A DNA stretch of 64,000 bases from positions 21,375 through 85,374 of the IMG/VR virus record IMGVR_UViG_3300005077_000014; one strand, given 5' to 3'. This DNA comes from a virus. Its lineage: Duplodnaviria > Caudoviricetes. Position 1 is the first letter of the stretch. Each line of letters starts with the position of its first letter. Of this stretch, positions 55,991 to 64,000 are shown one piece after another. The notes under the pieces were generated by a model, which did no database searches, was not told where the DNA came from, and saw only the letters and a list, made by a program, of their open reading frames with translations. The translations under genes were made by a program, and so were the position numbers.

Positions 55991-58207
55991 CTACTCTCTC
56001 TTAATCAGCTCACTGAACCACGTTTTTCTCTTATCCACTTCCGTTTTACTGACGCAATTCCGGATTCCCCATGAATCGCCTAGCACAATGATTTTTTTCA
56101 TTGCCCGTGTTGCGCCGGTGTAAAAGATGCCTCTGTGGTGCATGAATGAGTGGTTTTTGTGGAGACAGAGCATAACGAAGGGGTATTGGCTGCCTTGTGT
56201 TTTGTGAACCGTCAGGCAGTATGCCAGTTCGATATTGATTCGTTTCTTTGTTGGTATGGCCGTGATTTCTTCGTAGTCTTCAAACTGGACAAGTAGAGTG
56301 CCGTTGTCTTCAATTGCGACAATCTCGCCAAGGGTGCCGTTCATGACATCGACTTCGTAATCGTTGTGGACTTGAATGATTTTGTCGTGGGGATAGAGCT
56401 TTGGCCGTTTCCCTTCTGGTGTGTCTTCGATGTCTACTCCCCATTTGACTCTTTGGGTGATTTTCTGAAGCGCAATGTTCAACGCATCGCAACCGAGAAT
56501 TCCTTTGCGTTGTGGCGATAGGATTTGAATGCCGGTGATAATGTTGGCGTTTGACCAGTTGACAAGAATTTGCTCATAGCCATTACATATTTCTTGTTTG
56601 CATTTTAGGGGGTCTGTCAGGTTGCTAACAACTTGCCACGGGATGTTGCCGTTTTCGGGCTTGCTTGTCTTTTCGAGTTTGCCTTCTAAAATTGCGCTGC
56701 AATTAGCTTTTAAAACGCCAGCTTGACGAACGATAGTGTCAAGGACTGTTGTTGGCACCACGTTTGATGCGATAAGGTCTCGTAACAGCGAGCCGGGGCC
56801 AACAGGTGGCAATTGATTATGGTCTCCGATAATTAAAACGCTGGTTGTGTCCCAATTAATGGCCCTGAAAAGATGATATGCGAGCAGATTATCAACCATT
56901 GAGAATTCGTCAATGATGACTAAATCACAAACTAACGGCTCGTATTCGTTGCGCTGAAAGCCGAATTGTGGGTTGTATTCAAGTAGTCTGTGAATAGTCT
57001 TTGCGTCATGGTTGGTTGTTTGTGCGAGTCTTCGAGCAGCTTTCCCTGTGGGAGCACACAAAGCAATGTTTTTGCCTATACCTTCCAAGTAATCAATGAT
57101 GCCCTTGACTAGATGTGTCTTGCCCGTTCCGGCGGCTCCAGTTGTGACCGAGACTTTGTATTTCAGCGCATTGTCAGTGGCGTTGCGCTGGTGTTCATTG
57201 AGAGAAGCCTGTCTCGGGGTGAGGGAGTCTTTATCGTTCCAATCAATAGGACTCGCTATGTGGCTTTGCTTCTTTGCAGCAAATGTCAAATTATCAGCTA
57301 GAAATCTTTCGATTCTTTCAATATGGGGCTCCATGATGACGGCAACACCAGCACTCGTCTTCCTTCCAACCAGGAATCCATCACCGATTAACAGGCCAAT
57401 TTTCTCTTCAATCTTCTGTTTGCTGTCCAGCCGGTCGAGACCCAGTAACCCATTTGCTTTTCTGATTAGCTCGCTTATTTCGATATACGTGCTTCCATCG
57501 TTGAGCACGTCTCGAACGCACCAGAGAATCCCTTGAGTGATTCTGCCCTCGTGGTCTTTCTTGATGCCCATCTTGAGCGCTATTTCATCGGCTTTCTTGA
57601 ATTGAACTCGTGGCACTTTGCCGATGATTTGATAGGGGTCTGATTGCAGGACGCCAAGGGTTGACTCGCCATATTCTTCGATTAGCTTGTCTATTTCGTT
57701 GATTGACAGGCCGAATTTAGCGAGCCACGTTATGAGCTTTGTATGATTGCGATGGTCTTTCCAGGTGGAAACGAGCAGAGCGAGTTGGTCGTCTGTGATA
57801 TTGACAAGAGCTTGAATCTTCTCCGGCTCTTTCATGATTACGTCATCAAAAGACGTGCCGAAAGCGTCAGCAATCTTTCTGGCTTTGCTTCTCCCTATCC
57901 CTTTAATCATCGTGTTTTTATCGAGCCAAACGGCGAGCCCTTCAGTGTCAAGTGTTTGGTCGTATTCACATGTGGCGGCCTGAAACTGCGTTCCATATTT
58001 CGGGTCTTTTGTCCATCGGCCCGTCATAATGACTCTGGCACCCTGGACAAGCATCACTGGCGCAGAGAATGAAACGAGTTGCACTCTGTCCTGAGACTCT
58101 AGTTTGCCAGCCGAAAACGTCGGGTAAGCGCAATGGAGACGTTCAACGGTTCCGCGGATAGTGTCGGCCATAATGTCGGCTTGTTTTTTAGTGGCTCGTT
58201 TGGTCAT
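55991..58207 (-). CDS. recD2: RecD2-like SF1B helicase
   Basis: N-terminal OB/HhH region (GIGRSKARKI), GAAGTGKT, IDEFSM, GDHNQLPPVGPG, AYCLTVHKTQGSQY, YTGATRA. Confidence 0.9.
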   Translation of the reverse strand: MTKRATKKQADIMADTIRGTVERLHCAYPTFSAGKLESQDRVQLVSFSAPVMLVQGARVIMTGRWTKDPKYGTQFQAATCEYDQTLDTEGLAVWLDKNTMIKGIGRSKARKIADAFGTSFDDVIMKEPEKIQALVNITDDQLALLVSTWKDHRNHTKLITWLAKFGLSINEIDKLIEEYGESTLGVLQSDPYQIIGKVPRVQFKKADEIALKMGIKKDHEGRITQGILWCVRDVLNDGSTYIEISELIRKANGLLGLDRLDSKQKIEEKIGLLIGDGFLVGRKTSAGVAVIMEPHIERIERFLADNLTFAAKKQSHIASPIDWNDKDSLTPRQASLNEHQRNATDNALKYKVSVTTGAAGTGKTHLVKGIIDYLEGIGKNIALCAPTGKAARRLAQTTNHDAKTIHRLLEYNPQFGFQRNEYEPLVCDLVIIDEFSMVDNLLAYHLFRAINWDTTSVLIIGDHNQLPPVGPGSLLRDLIASNVVPTTVLDTIVRQAGVLKANCSAILEGKLEKTSKPENGNIPWQVVSNLTDPLKCKQEICNGYEQILVNWSNANIITGIQILSPQRKGILGCDALNIALQKITQRVKWGVDIEDTPEGKRPKLYPHDKIIQVHNDYEVDVMNGTLGEIVAIEDNGTLLVQFEDYEEITAIPTKKRINIELAYCLTVHKTQGSQYPFVMLCLHKNHSFMHHRGIFYTGATRAMKKIIVLGDSWGIRNCVSKTEVDKRKTWFSELIKRE

Positions 58208-58680
58208 GGTATAACCGTTTCCTTTTCCACTTCCCCATCACTTGCACATTTCTTCCATGCCCATTCGAGCCATTTGTGGGCCATCCATTGCGCTATTTGG
58301 CGATTGCCCCACCAGTGAAACGAGATTCCATAATTCATTTCGAGCGATAGGATTGAGCCGATAATGCTGTTTGGATGGGCATCTGACGAATAGCGATGTT
58401 CCAAAATATCCTCAAGCTCGGCCTCAACCGCTACAATCTTAAATCGGTATGATTGCAGTCTGATAAGCTCTTTTGTGAAGCGTTTTCGTGAATGAATGAC
58501 AGTAGAAACGAGGTCGTCAATTGACTTTCTTTCGATACCTATCAGCGTTTCAAAGCCAAGCAGCGAATAGTCTGCGGCATGGAGACCGCATGAAACGGTC
58601 TCCACGTTGTCTGGAAAGGTCCATCCGAGCTGTTCGCGCGTGTCGATCACTACGCTATATGGCGCTTTCTTGGGTGCCAT
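58204..58680 (-). CDS. ERCC4/XPF-domain nuclease
   Basis: VIDTREQ...ADYS...IERKSIDDL motif. Confidence 0.85.
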   Translation of the reverse strand: MAPKKAPYSVVIDTREQLGWTFPDNVETVSCGLHAADYSLLGFETLIGIERKSIDDLVSTVIHSRKRFTKELIRLQSYRFKIVAVEAELEDILEHRYSSDAHPNSIIGSILSLEMNYGISFHWWGNRQIAQWMAHKWLEWAWKKCASDGEVEKETVIP

Positions 58681-58796
58681 CAGAATGTTACCTTTGTTTG
58701 TTGTGTTAGTTCGTCAAGTGTAAATGTGTCGGTGCCACACTTTATCAGTGGTGGTGTGGCGGTTTATCGAATCAAACGTTGCTGTTTTTCTGCACC

Positions 58797-59288
58797 CTAA
58801 AACGGGATATCGTCATCAGGCGGCGCATAGTTCGCCTGGGTTGCAGTGCCGTCATCTTCTGAGTAACCCCCCTCGATATCAGCCACCGAGATTTGTTTTT
58901 TGAGCCTGACGTTGCGGTCTGTTTCTCCTGGTCGTTTCTTGCTGGGCTTCACGACGACTTCAACGGCAATAAACAGGCCAAGGAACGAATCAAGCACGCC
59001 CGGTTCTTCGAGTCCCGAGGGCTTGCCCATGTATCCGAGCTTAATCAGGTCGGCCTTGTTGAAGCGCATGTTCATTTCTGCGCCAGTGAAAATCATGTTC
59101 CACCAGATTGCACCTTGATGCGGGCCGGAAAGAATCGTCAACTTGAATTTAAGCATGGGGTGGCCGGCGTCCTGGGTCTCAGCCAATTCCACCTCGTCAA
59201 TGCGGCACTGGTAATGTCCTTTTGGCACGCCTTCAGTGGCGGGCACGATATCGTCATATCCACCGTCTAATTCTGCGAGATTAACCAT
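58797..59288 (-). CDS. DUF669-like single-stranded DNA-binding protein
   Basis: VPKGHYQCRIDEVE...MLKFKLTIL; acidic C-terminal DDDIPF. Confidence 0.8.
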   Translation of the reverse strand: MVNLAELDGGYDDIVPATEGVPKGHYQCRIDEVELAETQDAGHPMLKFKLTILSGPHQGAIWWNMIFTGAEMNMRFNKADLIKLGYMGKPSGLEEPGVLDSFLGLFIAVEVVVKPSKKRPGETDRNVRLKKQISVADIEGGYSEDDGTATQANYAPPDDDIPF

Positions 59289-59318
59289 GTGTAAAGTCCT
59301 TTCAGTGTGATAGTGATA

Positions 59319-60443
59319 TTATTTTTTGGTGTCAGCCTTAGCTGCTTCGGGTTTTGTGGTGTCTGCTGCTCCTGGCTTGTTTTCCGGCTTTGATTCAACT
59401 TTGGTTTCAGCCTTTGTTTCTGATTTCTGCTCTGGCTTGGCATCAGTCTTTGAATCAGGCTTGATGCCATTTTTTGCTTCGGGCTTCGTGGCGTCGCTTT
59501 TTGGCTCGGGTTTGACGTTTTCTGGTTTGTCGGTTTCTGTTTTCGCTGGTGCGTTTTGCTCGGCCTTTGGTGTGTCAACAGCCTTTACTTCAGCCTTAGC
59601 GTCCGATTTCACATCTTCCTTCTCTTCTTTTTGCGGAAGCATACTTGCGCCAACATTACCTTCTCGACTCGCCTTCCCACCGAACGCCTTACTTGCTTCA
59701 ACGCCTTTCTTAAACTCTCTCAGGAATGCGGGATAGCTCAACGGGATTATGTCGGGGAGCACGCTGTATCCATCTTTAGCGTCCCAATACTTCGACCATT
59801 TAGTGCGCAATATGCGAGCTTCCTTGGTCATAGGCCGTTCGTTTTCATCAACCTTCTGGACTCCGTTTTCGTCATTGTCGGGCACATAAATTGTGTCTCC
59901 ATAGAGCACGAAGTCTGACAGGCTCATAACGACGCCCCTGGGGGTGTCAGGAAGGTCTGGGGCTTTGCGAGAATATTTCTCTGTCTTCGTCTTAACTTCA
60001 ACGTCACGGACATGAGCGGTCATAATCAGGCCATAAGGTAAGCCCGCGAATTTGCGAATGAGTCGATGAAACTCTCTGTTGATGCGTCCATAGCCTTCGC
60101 CGTGGCTCCCCATTTCGGTCTCGTGGTCAACGCCTTGTTTCTTCAGGACGTGCTCGGCGCAGAGCCGATATGCATCTGTCACGGTGTCGAGCGCCACAGC
60201 CGTATATGGATGATTGCCAGCCTTAAGCTCTTCGTAAACAGCTTCCAACTGACTCCATGTTTGGATAAATGGCGTCTTGGGTGCCTTGATGCCCTTCAGT
60301 CGTGGCTCTAGCTGGACAATAACAACCCCCTCGACACGAGAGCAAAACGTTGATTTTCCTGCGCCAGTGAACGTATAGACGCAAATCGTCAAGCGTCCTG
60401 GGTCAATAACTGGCTCTGATACAATGTCTGGTAATAGGCCCAA
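59319..60443 (-). CDS. AAA_24 (Sak4-like) ATPase with Lys/Pro/Glu-rich tail
   Basis: TGAGKST, VALDTVT, LIMTAH motifs; TTG start after GAAAGGAG. Confidence 0.8.
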   Translation of the reverse strand: MGLLPDIVSEPVIDPGRLTICVYTFTGAGKSTFCSRVEGVVIVQLEPRLKGIKAPKTPFIQTWSQLEAVYEELKAGNHPYTAVALDTVTDAYRLCAEHVLKKQGVDHETEMGSHGEGYGRINREFHRLIRKFAGLPYGLIMTAHVRDVEVKTKTEKYSRKAPDLPDTPRGVVMSLSDFVLYGDTIYVPDNDENGVQKVDENERPMTKEARILRTKWSKYWDAKDGYSVLPDIIPLSYPAFLREFKKGVEASKAFGGKASREGNVGASMLPQKEEKEDVKSDAKAEVKAVDTPKAEQNAPAKTETDKPENVKPEPKSDATKPEAKNGIKPDSKTDAKPEQKSETKAETKVESKPENKPGAADTTKPEAAKADTKK

Positions 60444-60504
60444 GTGAATCTCCTTTCGGTAAAGATGGTGTGGCAGAAATGTTGCTGAAAACTCTTTGTT
60501 TGCC

Positions 60505-61782
60505 CTAGAAGTCTCCCCACAAATCCACGTTGCCATTTTTTGCTTGTTCGTTCAGGAACGCCACTTCAGCGGCGTCATTGATTTCGGGTGTTGTGTCTGT
60601 TGGTTGAGTGTTTTCGGTGTCGGTTTGCCCTTCTGTGTTTGTCGCAACTGGCTCTGTCTCTGTTTCATCTGTCACGCCCAACACGCTTAACAGCTCTCTG
60701 TGTGGCTTCTCTTTCTTCAGAAACAGTTCGGCCATAGCCTCTACTTCATGTGGCTTTGCTGAACAGACCTCGTGATATCCACATTTGCGGTTCCAATTGA
60801 AACAAGCTTTTCTGTTGCGGGGCCATGAGCCCTGGCGTCTCAAATGAAGGTAGAGCTGCGCTATCTGCCATAGTTCGTTGCGCACTTCGTCATACTGTTG
60901 TTTGTCGATTAGGATTTCTTCGCGGTGTAACCGGGTATTGTCTTCGGTATACCAGCGGGCCAATCGCTCCTGAAAATCAGCGTCACTCTCAGCTATTTTC
61001 TGCTTTGCGCTACTCTTTCCACTCTTTGCATTACGGCAAGCTTCCTCATAGCGGGCCTGATACTCTTCGTCGGTTTCCCCTTTGGTCTGTTTGAGCCGTG
61101 GCTTTGTCAGGACGTTGTAAAGGACGCCAGAGATTTTGATGCCCTCTTGCTCTTCGAGATACAGCGAATACACGATTATCTGAAAATCGTTCCAGAGTTT
61201 GTCCAGGTATCCGTTGTTGATTTGGCTGGCTGTTTTGTGTTCCAGTAGGTAATATGAGCCATCTTTCATTTGGACAAGGCCATCAGCCTTTAGGCCAAAC
61301 GCGACAGCCCTTGCAGCGGCCCCTGTTTTTGGATTAAATATCGGGCCACAAGCTCCACGTTCAACATAAATGACCTTGAAGGGCTCGGCATCAGGTGGAT
61401 ACTTCGCCATGTAAGCTCGCATCATTGCCGTCGCATAATGCCAAAGCTCTTTCTGGTATTCGTCAACAAGCCGGTCGGCATACGTGGCGTTGATTAGGGC
61501 GAAGATGGATTGTTGTTTCCCCCTATCAATCATTCCCCCCATTTCGTCTGGTTCTATAGGCTCAATGGGCTCATGCCACCTTTCCAAGCACTCATGCACC
61601 AGCGAGCCAAACGACAGCACAACTTCCTTGTCGCTGATTGGCACAAGCCCCAACTCAAATCGAAACTGATGTTTTTTGAAGCACTCAAACAGATAACCGG
61701 TGCGAGTCTGCGTCAGTATCTCAACCCCATGCTTTGAGATTGCTTCAGCTATCGTGGACAGGTTGATGTTTTTCATGTTCAT
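60505..61782 (-). CDS. PD-(D/E)XK exonuclease (Cas4/RecB-like)
   Basis: FGSLVHECLE, KADGL..., LEHKT, QIIVYSLYL, C-terminal C..W..KC.Y..VC. Confidence 0.8.
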   Translation of the reverse strand: MNMKNINLSTIAEAISKHGVEILTQTRTGYLFECFKKHQFRFELGLVPISDKEVVLSFGSLVHECLERWHEPIEPIEPDEMGGMIDRGKQQSIFALINATYADRLVDEYQKELWHYATAMMRAYMAKYPPDAEPFKVIYVERGACGPIFNPKTGAAARAVAFGLKADGLVQMKDGSYYLLEHKTASQINNGYLDKLWNDFQIIVYSLYLEEQEGIKISGVLYNVLTKPRLKQTKGETDEEYQARYEEACRNAKSGKSSAKQKIAESDADFQERLARWYTEDNTRLHREEILIDKQQYDEVRNELWQIAQLYLHLRRQGSWPRNRKACFNWNRKCGYHEVCSAKPHEVEAMAELFLKKEKPHRELLSVLGVTDETETEPVATNTEGQTDTENTQPTDTTPEINDAAEVAFLNEQAKNGNVDLWGDF

Positions 61783-61868
61783 GGTGAAACTCGTTTGTTG
61801 GGCCGATGGCCCGTCCCGATTATGCTATGCGCCCTCGGGACCACGGGGATGGTGAGAGGTTGGTGGAG

Positions 61869-62246
61869 CTAAACACCCTGTTTTTCGTGGAAGTTGAGCA
61901 TGTCTTTGTATTGCTGCTTTTTCTGCTTTGCGACTGACTCCAGGTATTCGGTTTCTGCGGCAGTGACTTTGAGAATGTCGTCAACTGCTGATTCCTGTCG
62001 CACGGCGTATCCGGTAAGTGTTTCTCGAAGTCGTGTTCTCAGTGCGGGTATTCTGCCGGCCTCGGTCAGGAGTGATTGTTCTTGTGGCATGGTGTCCATT
62101 ATTTCTGGGGTCAAGATGTGGCCGTTTGTGCCATGGCCGTTTGTGCCGTTAGCCCTGTTAATGGTATTGCCATTTGTGCCGTTGGCCTTGTTGACTCCAT
62201 TCGTTCCGCTCGCACTGAAACTTTTAAAACGTTTGCTCCTGCTCAT
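61869..62246 (-). CDS. hypothetical protein with ANGTNG repeats
   Basis: 125 aa, AGAGGAG RBS. Confidence 0.5.
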   Translation of the reverse strand: MSRSKRFKSFSASGTNGVNKANGTNGNTINRANGTNGHGTNGHILTPEIMDTMPQEQSLLTEAGRIPALRTRLRETLTGYAVRQESAVDDILKVTAAETEYLESVAKQKKQQYKDMLNFHEKQGV

Positions 62247-62519
62247 GACTGATTGCTCCTCTCGATTAATAAGAATTCTATTTTTTTGTTTAGCCTTGAA
62301 ATTCGCCTATTAGTTATGTTTTGTGTGGGCAGCCAATCAATTGGCTGGATGACCGCTTACCCACAGGCAATTGGAAGAAAGAGACAAAAGGTTCACGGTG
62401 CCTCCGTGCAGTCTCCCAAGTGCGATAAAGTGTTTATGGGGTTGTGGGTGTTGATACTGAACTCTGCTCAGTTCGGCACCAACGCATCTGTTGCCTTTCG
62501 CCTTTCCTTGTTGTTTGTC

Positions 62520-62786
62520 TCACGCCCAGAAGTTGCGTGACTGTTTGAACGTGCATCGAGTCTTTTCTGCGATTTCAAGCTTCTCGCCATTCTGGGGATT
62601 GATGCCGGTTCGAGCGGCCCTTGTTGCGGGCTTGAACACTCCAAAGTCAGGGATGCGAATTTCATCGCCAGCCTTCACGACTTCTTTGATTGACTCAGCT
62701 ACCAAGTCGATTAGTGCTCTCGCTTTTGCATTGCTCGGGAGGTTACCTTTCTCGGCTACCTTTGCTACAAAATCAGGCATGTTCAT
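62520..62786 (-). CDS. HU family DNA-binding protein
   Basis: GDEIRIPDFGVFKP..RAARTGINPQNGEKLEI; start re-called to ATG 62786. Confidence 0.9.
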   Translation of the reverse strand: MNMPDFVAKVAEKGNLPSNAKARALIDLVAESIKEVVKAGDEIRIPDFGVFKPATRAARTGINPQNGEKLEIAEKTRCTFKQSRNFWA

Positions 62787-62961
62787 GTGTCGTTTCTCCT
62801 TTAGCGTCGTTTGTGTTGTTGTGGGTATTTGCACCCGACGGGCTCCACTTGAGAGACCGTATCTTTTTGCTGAAATGGGGAGAGTTGAGAGCGCCGAAAG
62901 AGCGCAACTTTGCCGATTTGTGAGTAGATTTGTTGCGATTTGCGCGACGGGACATAGAGTG

Positions 62962-63759
62962 TTAGCCCTTGTTGATGTTATTTTTCTTGATGTTTTGAGC
63001 AAGGAAACTAAGTGGAATTTTAGTGTCTGTCCCCTTGTTGTAAATTTCCTCCAACAGCCCCAAGTAGTCTTTCATGCTTACTTGGGGTTTGAGAGACGCT
63101 ACTTGCCATTGCAGTTTTGAGCGTAGCCTTGCTGTGTCAATATCCTCTATTAATAAAACTCTCGATATGGCGGCTACAAAACGATTGTCTTTTGCTTCTT
63201 TGAATCCTAGTGTTGCGCAAAACAAAATCATATCTCCAACATTGTTCGCGTGTTGGGCGGTTGTGATTTTGAAGCGTCCTCCCTTGTATGCCGCACTTGC
63301 TGACGCTGCAACATTTAGGTTGCCTGTCATTAAGGCTACACAAACCATCAAGCCTATTTTTGTCTTTCCGTGAAAGTTTTTGAGTGCAATGTATTCTGGA
63401 TTTTTTTGTTGAACATAGGCATAGAGATAATCGGGTGAACTCCACCTTGAGTGTGTTTTTTCCAGGTCATCTAAAGAGAGGTGGTCATTACATACTACAT
63501 ACTTGATTGGCAACCCAAGCTCTTGCGCAATTACAAAGCGATGATGCCCAGCCTTGATAAGTTTTTTTCCCCGCTCCTTGACCACATGTGCAGGGTAGGC
63601 GTCAAGCCAGCCATATTTTTTCATTGACGCCTTGAGTCTTGAGTTGTTGTGAATTGGTCGATTCAGTTGGCACAGCTCAAACGAATCGTAGTTGAAGTTT
63701 TCAAAGATTCTGCCAGCCATCCTTAATTTCCTCCCTTCTTTAATCTTTCTTGGCACCAC
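62962..63759 (-). CDS. ParB/Srx N-terminal domain protein
   Basis: NRPI...LKASMKKYGWL..YP..V....LIKAGHHRF..A..LG. Confidence 0.75.
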   Translation of the reverse strand: MVPRKIKEGRKLRMAGRIFENFNYDSFELCQLNRPIHNNSRLKASMKKYGWLDAYPAHVVKERGKKLIKAGHHRFVIAQELGLPIKYVVCNDHLSLDDLEKTHSRWSSPDYLYAYVQQKNPEYIALKNFHGKTKIGLMVCVALMTGNLNVAASASAAYKGGRFKITTAQHANNVGDMILFCATLGFKEAKDNRFVAAISRVLLIEDIDTARLRSKLQWQVASLKPQVSMKDYLGLLEEIYNKGTDTKIPLSFLAQNIKKNNINKG

Positions 63760-64000
63760 TTAATTACGTGAAGCAATGCATCTTTAGTGTTTGGGTCGTT
63801 GTCTTGAATTTTTTCTAACTCAGTGGTTGCAATGGTTGCGTGGAGCATTGCTCTACTGCATGGTAGGTGGTCGAGTTTGTCCCATGAGGGGGGCTCGTTT
63901 GTTCCGTTTAGCGTGACGCTTCCCTGTGTTTTCCCTAAAATTTGCTCAACAACAGCCCTGCGTTCTTTTGTGGGGAGTTCGACTATTCTTTTTTGCTCTT

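Noticed and set aside
1-64000. Complete DGR cassette, integrase/att site, transposase, major capsid protein
   Set aside because: No reverse transcriptase, template repeat, recombinase, transposase or HK97-fold capsid motif recognised; they may lie outside the window

Overview
This window is a segment of a large tailed dsDNA phage (or prophage) genome, probably from a diderm host; no integrase, rRNA or convincing tRNA is visible. Left to right: (1) 0-13 kb (+) virion/tail-fibre genes, including an Mtd-like C-type-lectin protein with a DGR-style variable region, then a lysis cassette; (2) 13-17.4 kb (+) a four-gene glycosyltransferase/methyltransferase cluster; (3) 18-26 kb portal and head-morphogenesis genes (+) facing the terminase genes (-); (4) 28-33 kb an RHH regulator, back-to-back promoters and small early-type genes (+); (5) 33-34 kb a non-coding, repeat-rich probable origin; (6) 34-64 kb a long (-) region with a Zn-finger/TOPRIM/DUF927 primase, three DNA methyltransferases, nucleotide-metabolism genes, an outer-membrane beta-barrel, a RecD2/ERCC4/SSB/AAA/PD-(D/E)XK recombination module, HU and a ParB-like protein. 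The standout is 53.8-56.0 kb. A stand-alone Cas7/RAMP-like gene (55137-55700) and a partner gene are surrounded by nine tracts of strict 5-nt periodicity: a constant GAC plus a variable dinucleotide on the transcribed strand. The tracts are separated by a conserved hairpin that shows a compensatory base-pair change. This looks like a guide-RNA array using a non-contiguous dinucleotide code, i.e. a GAC/NN variant of the phage VIPR-type (GGY/NN) RNA-guided systems as I recall them. All protein family calls are from motif recognition by eye, not database searches.
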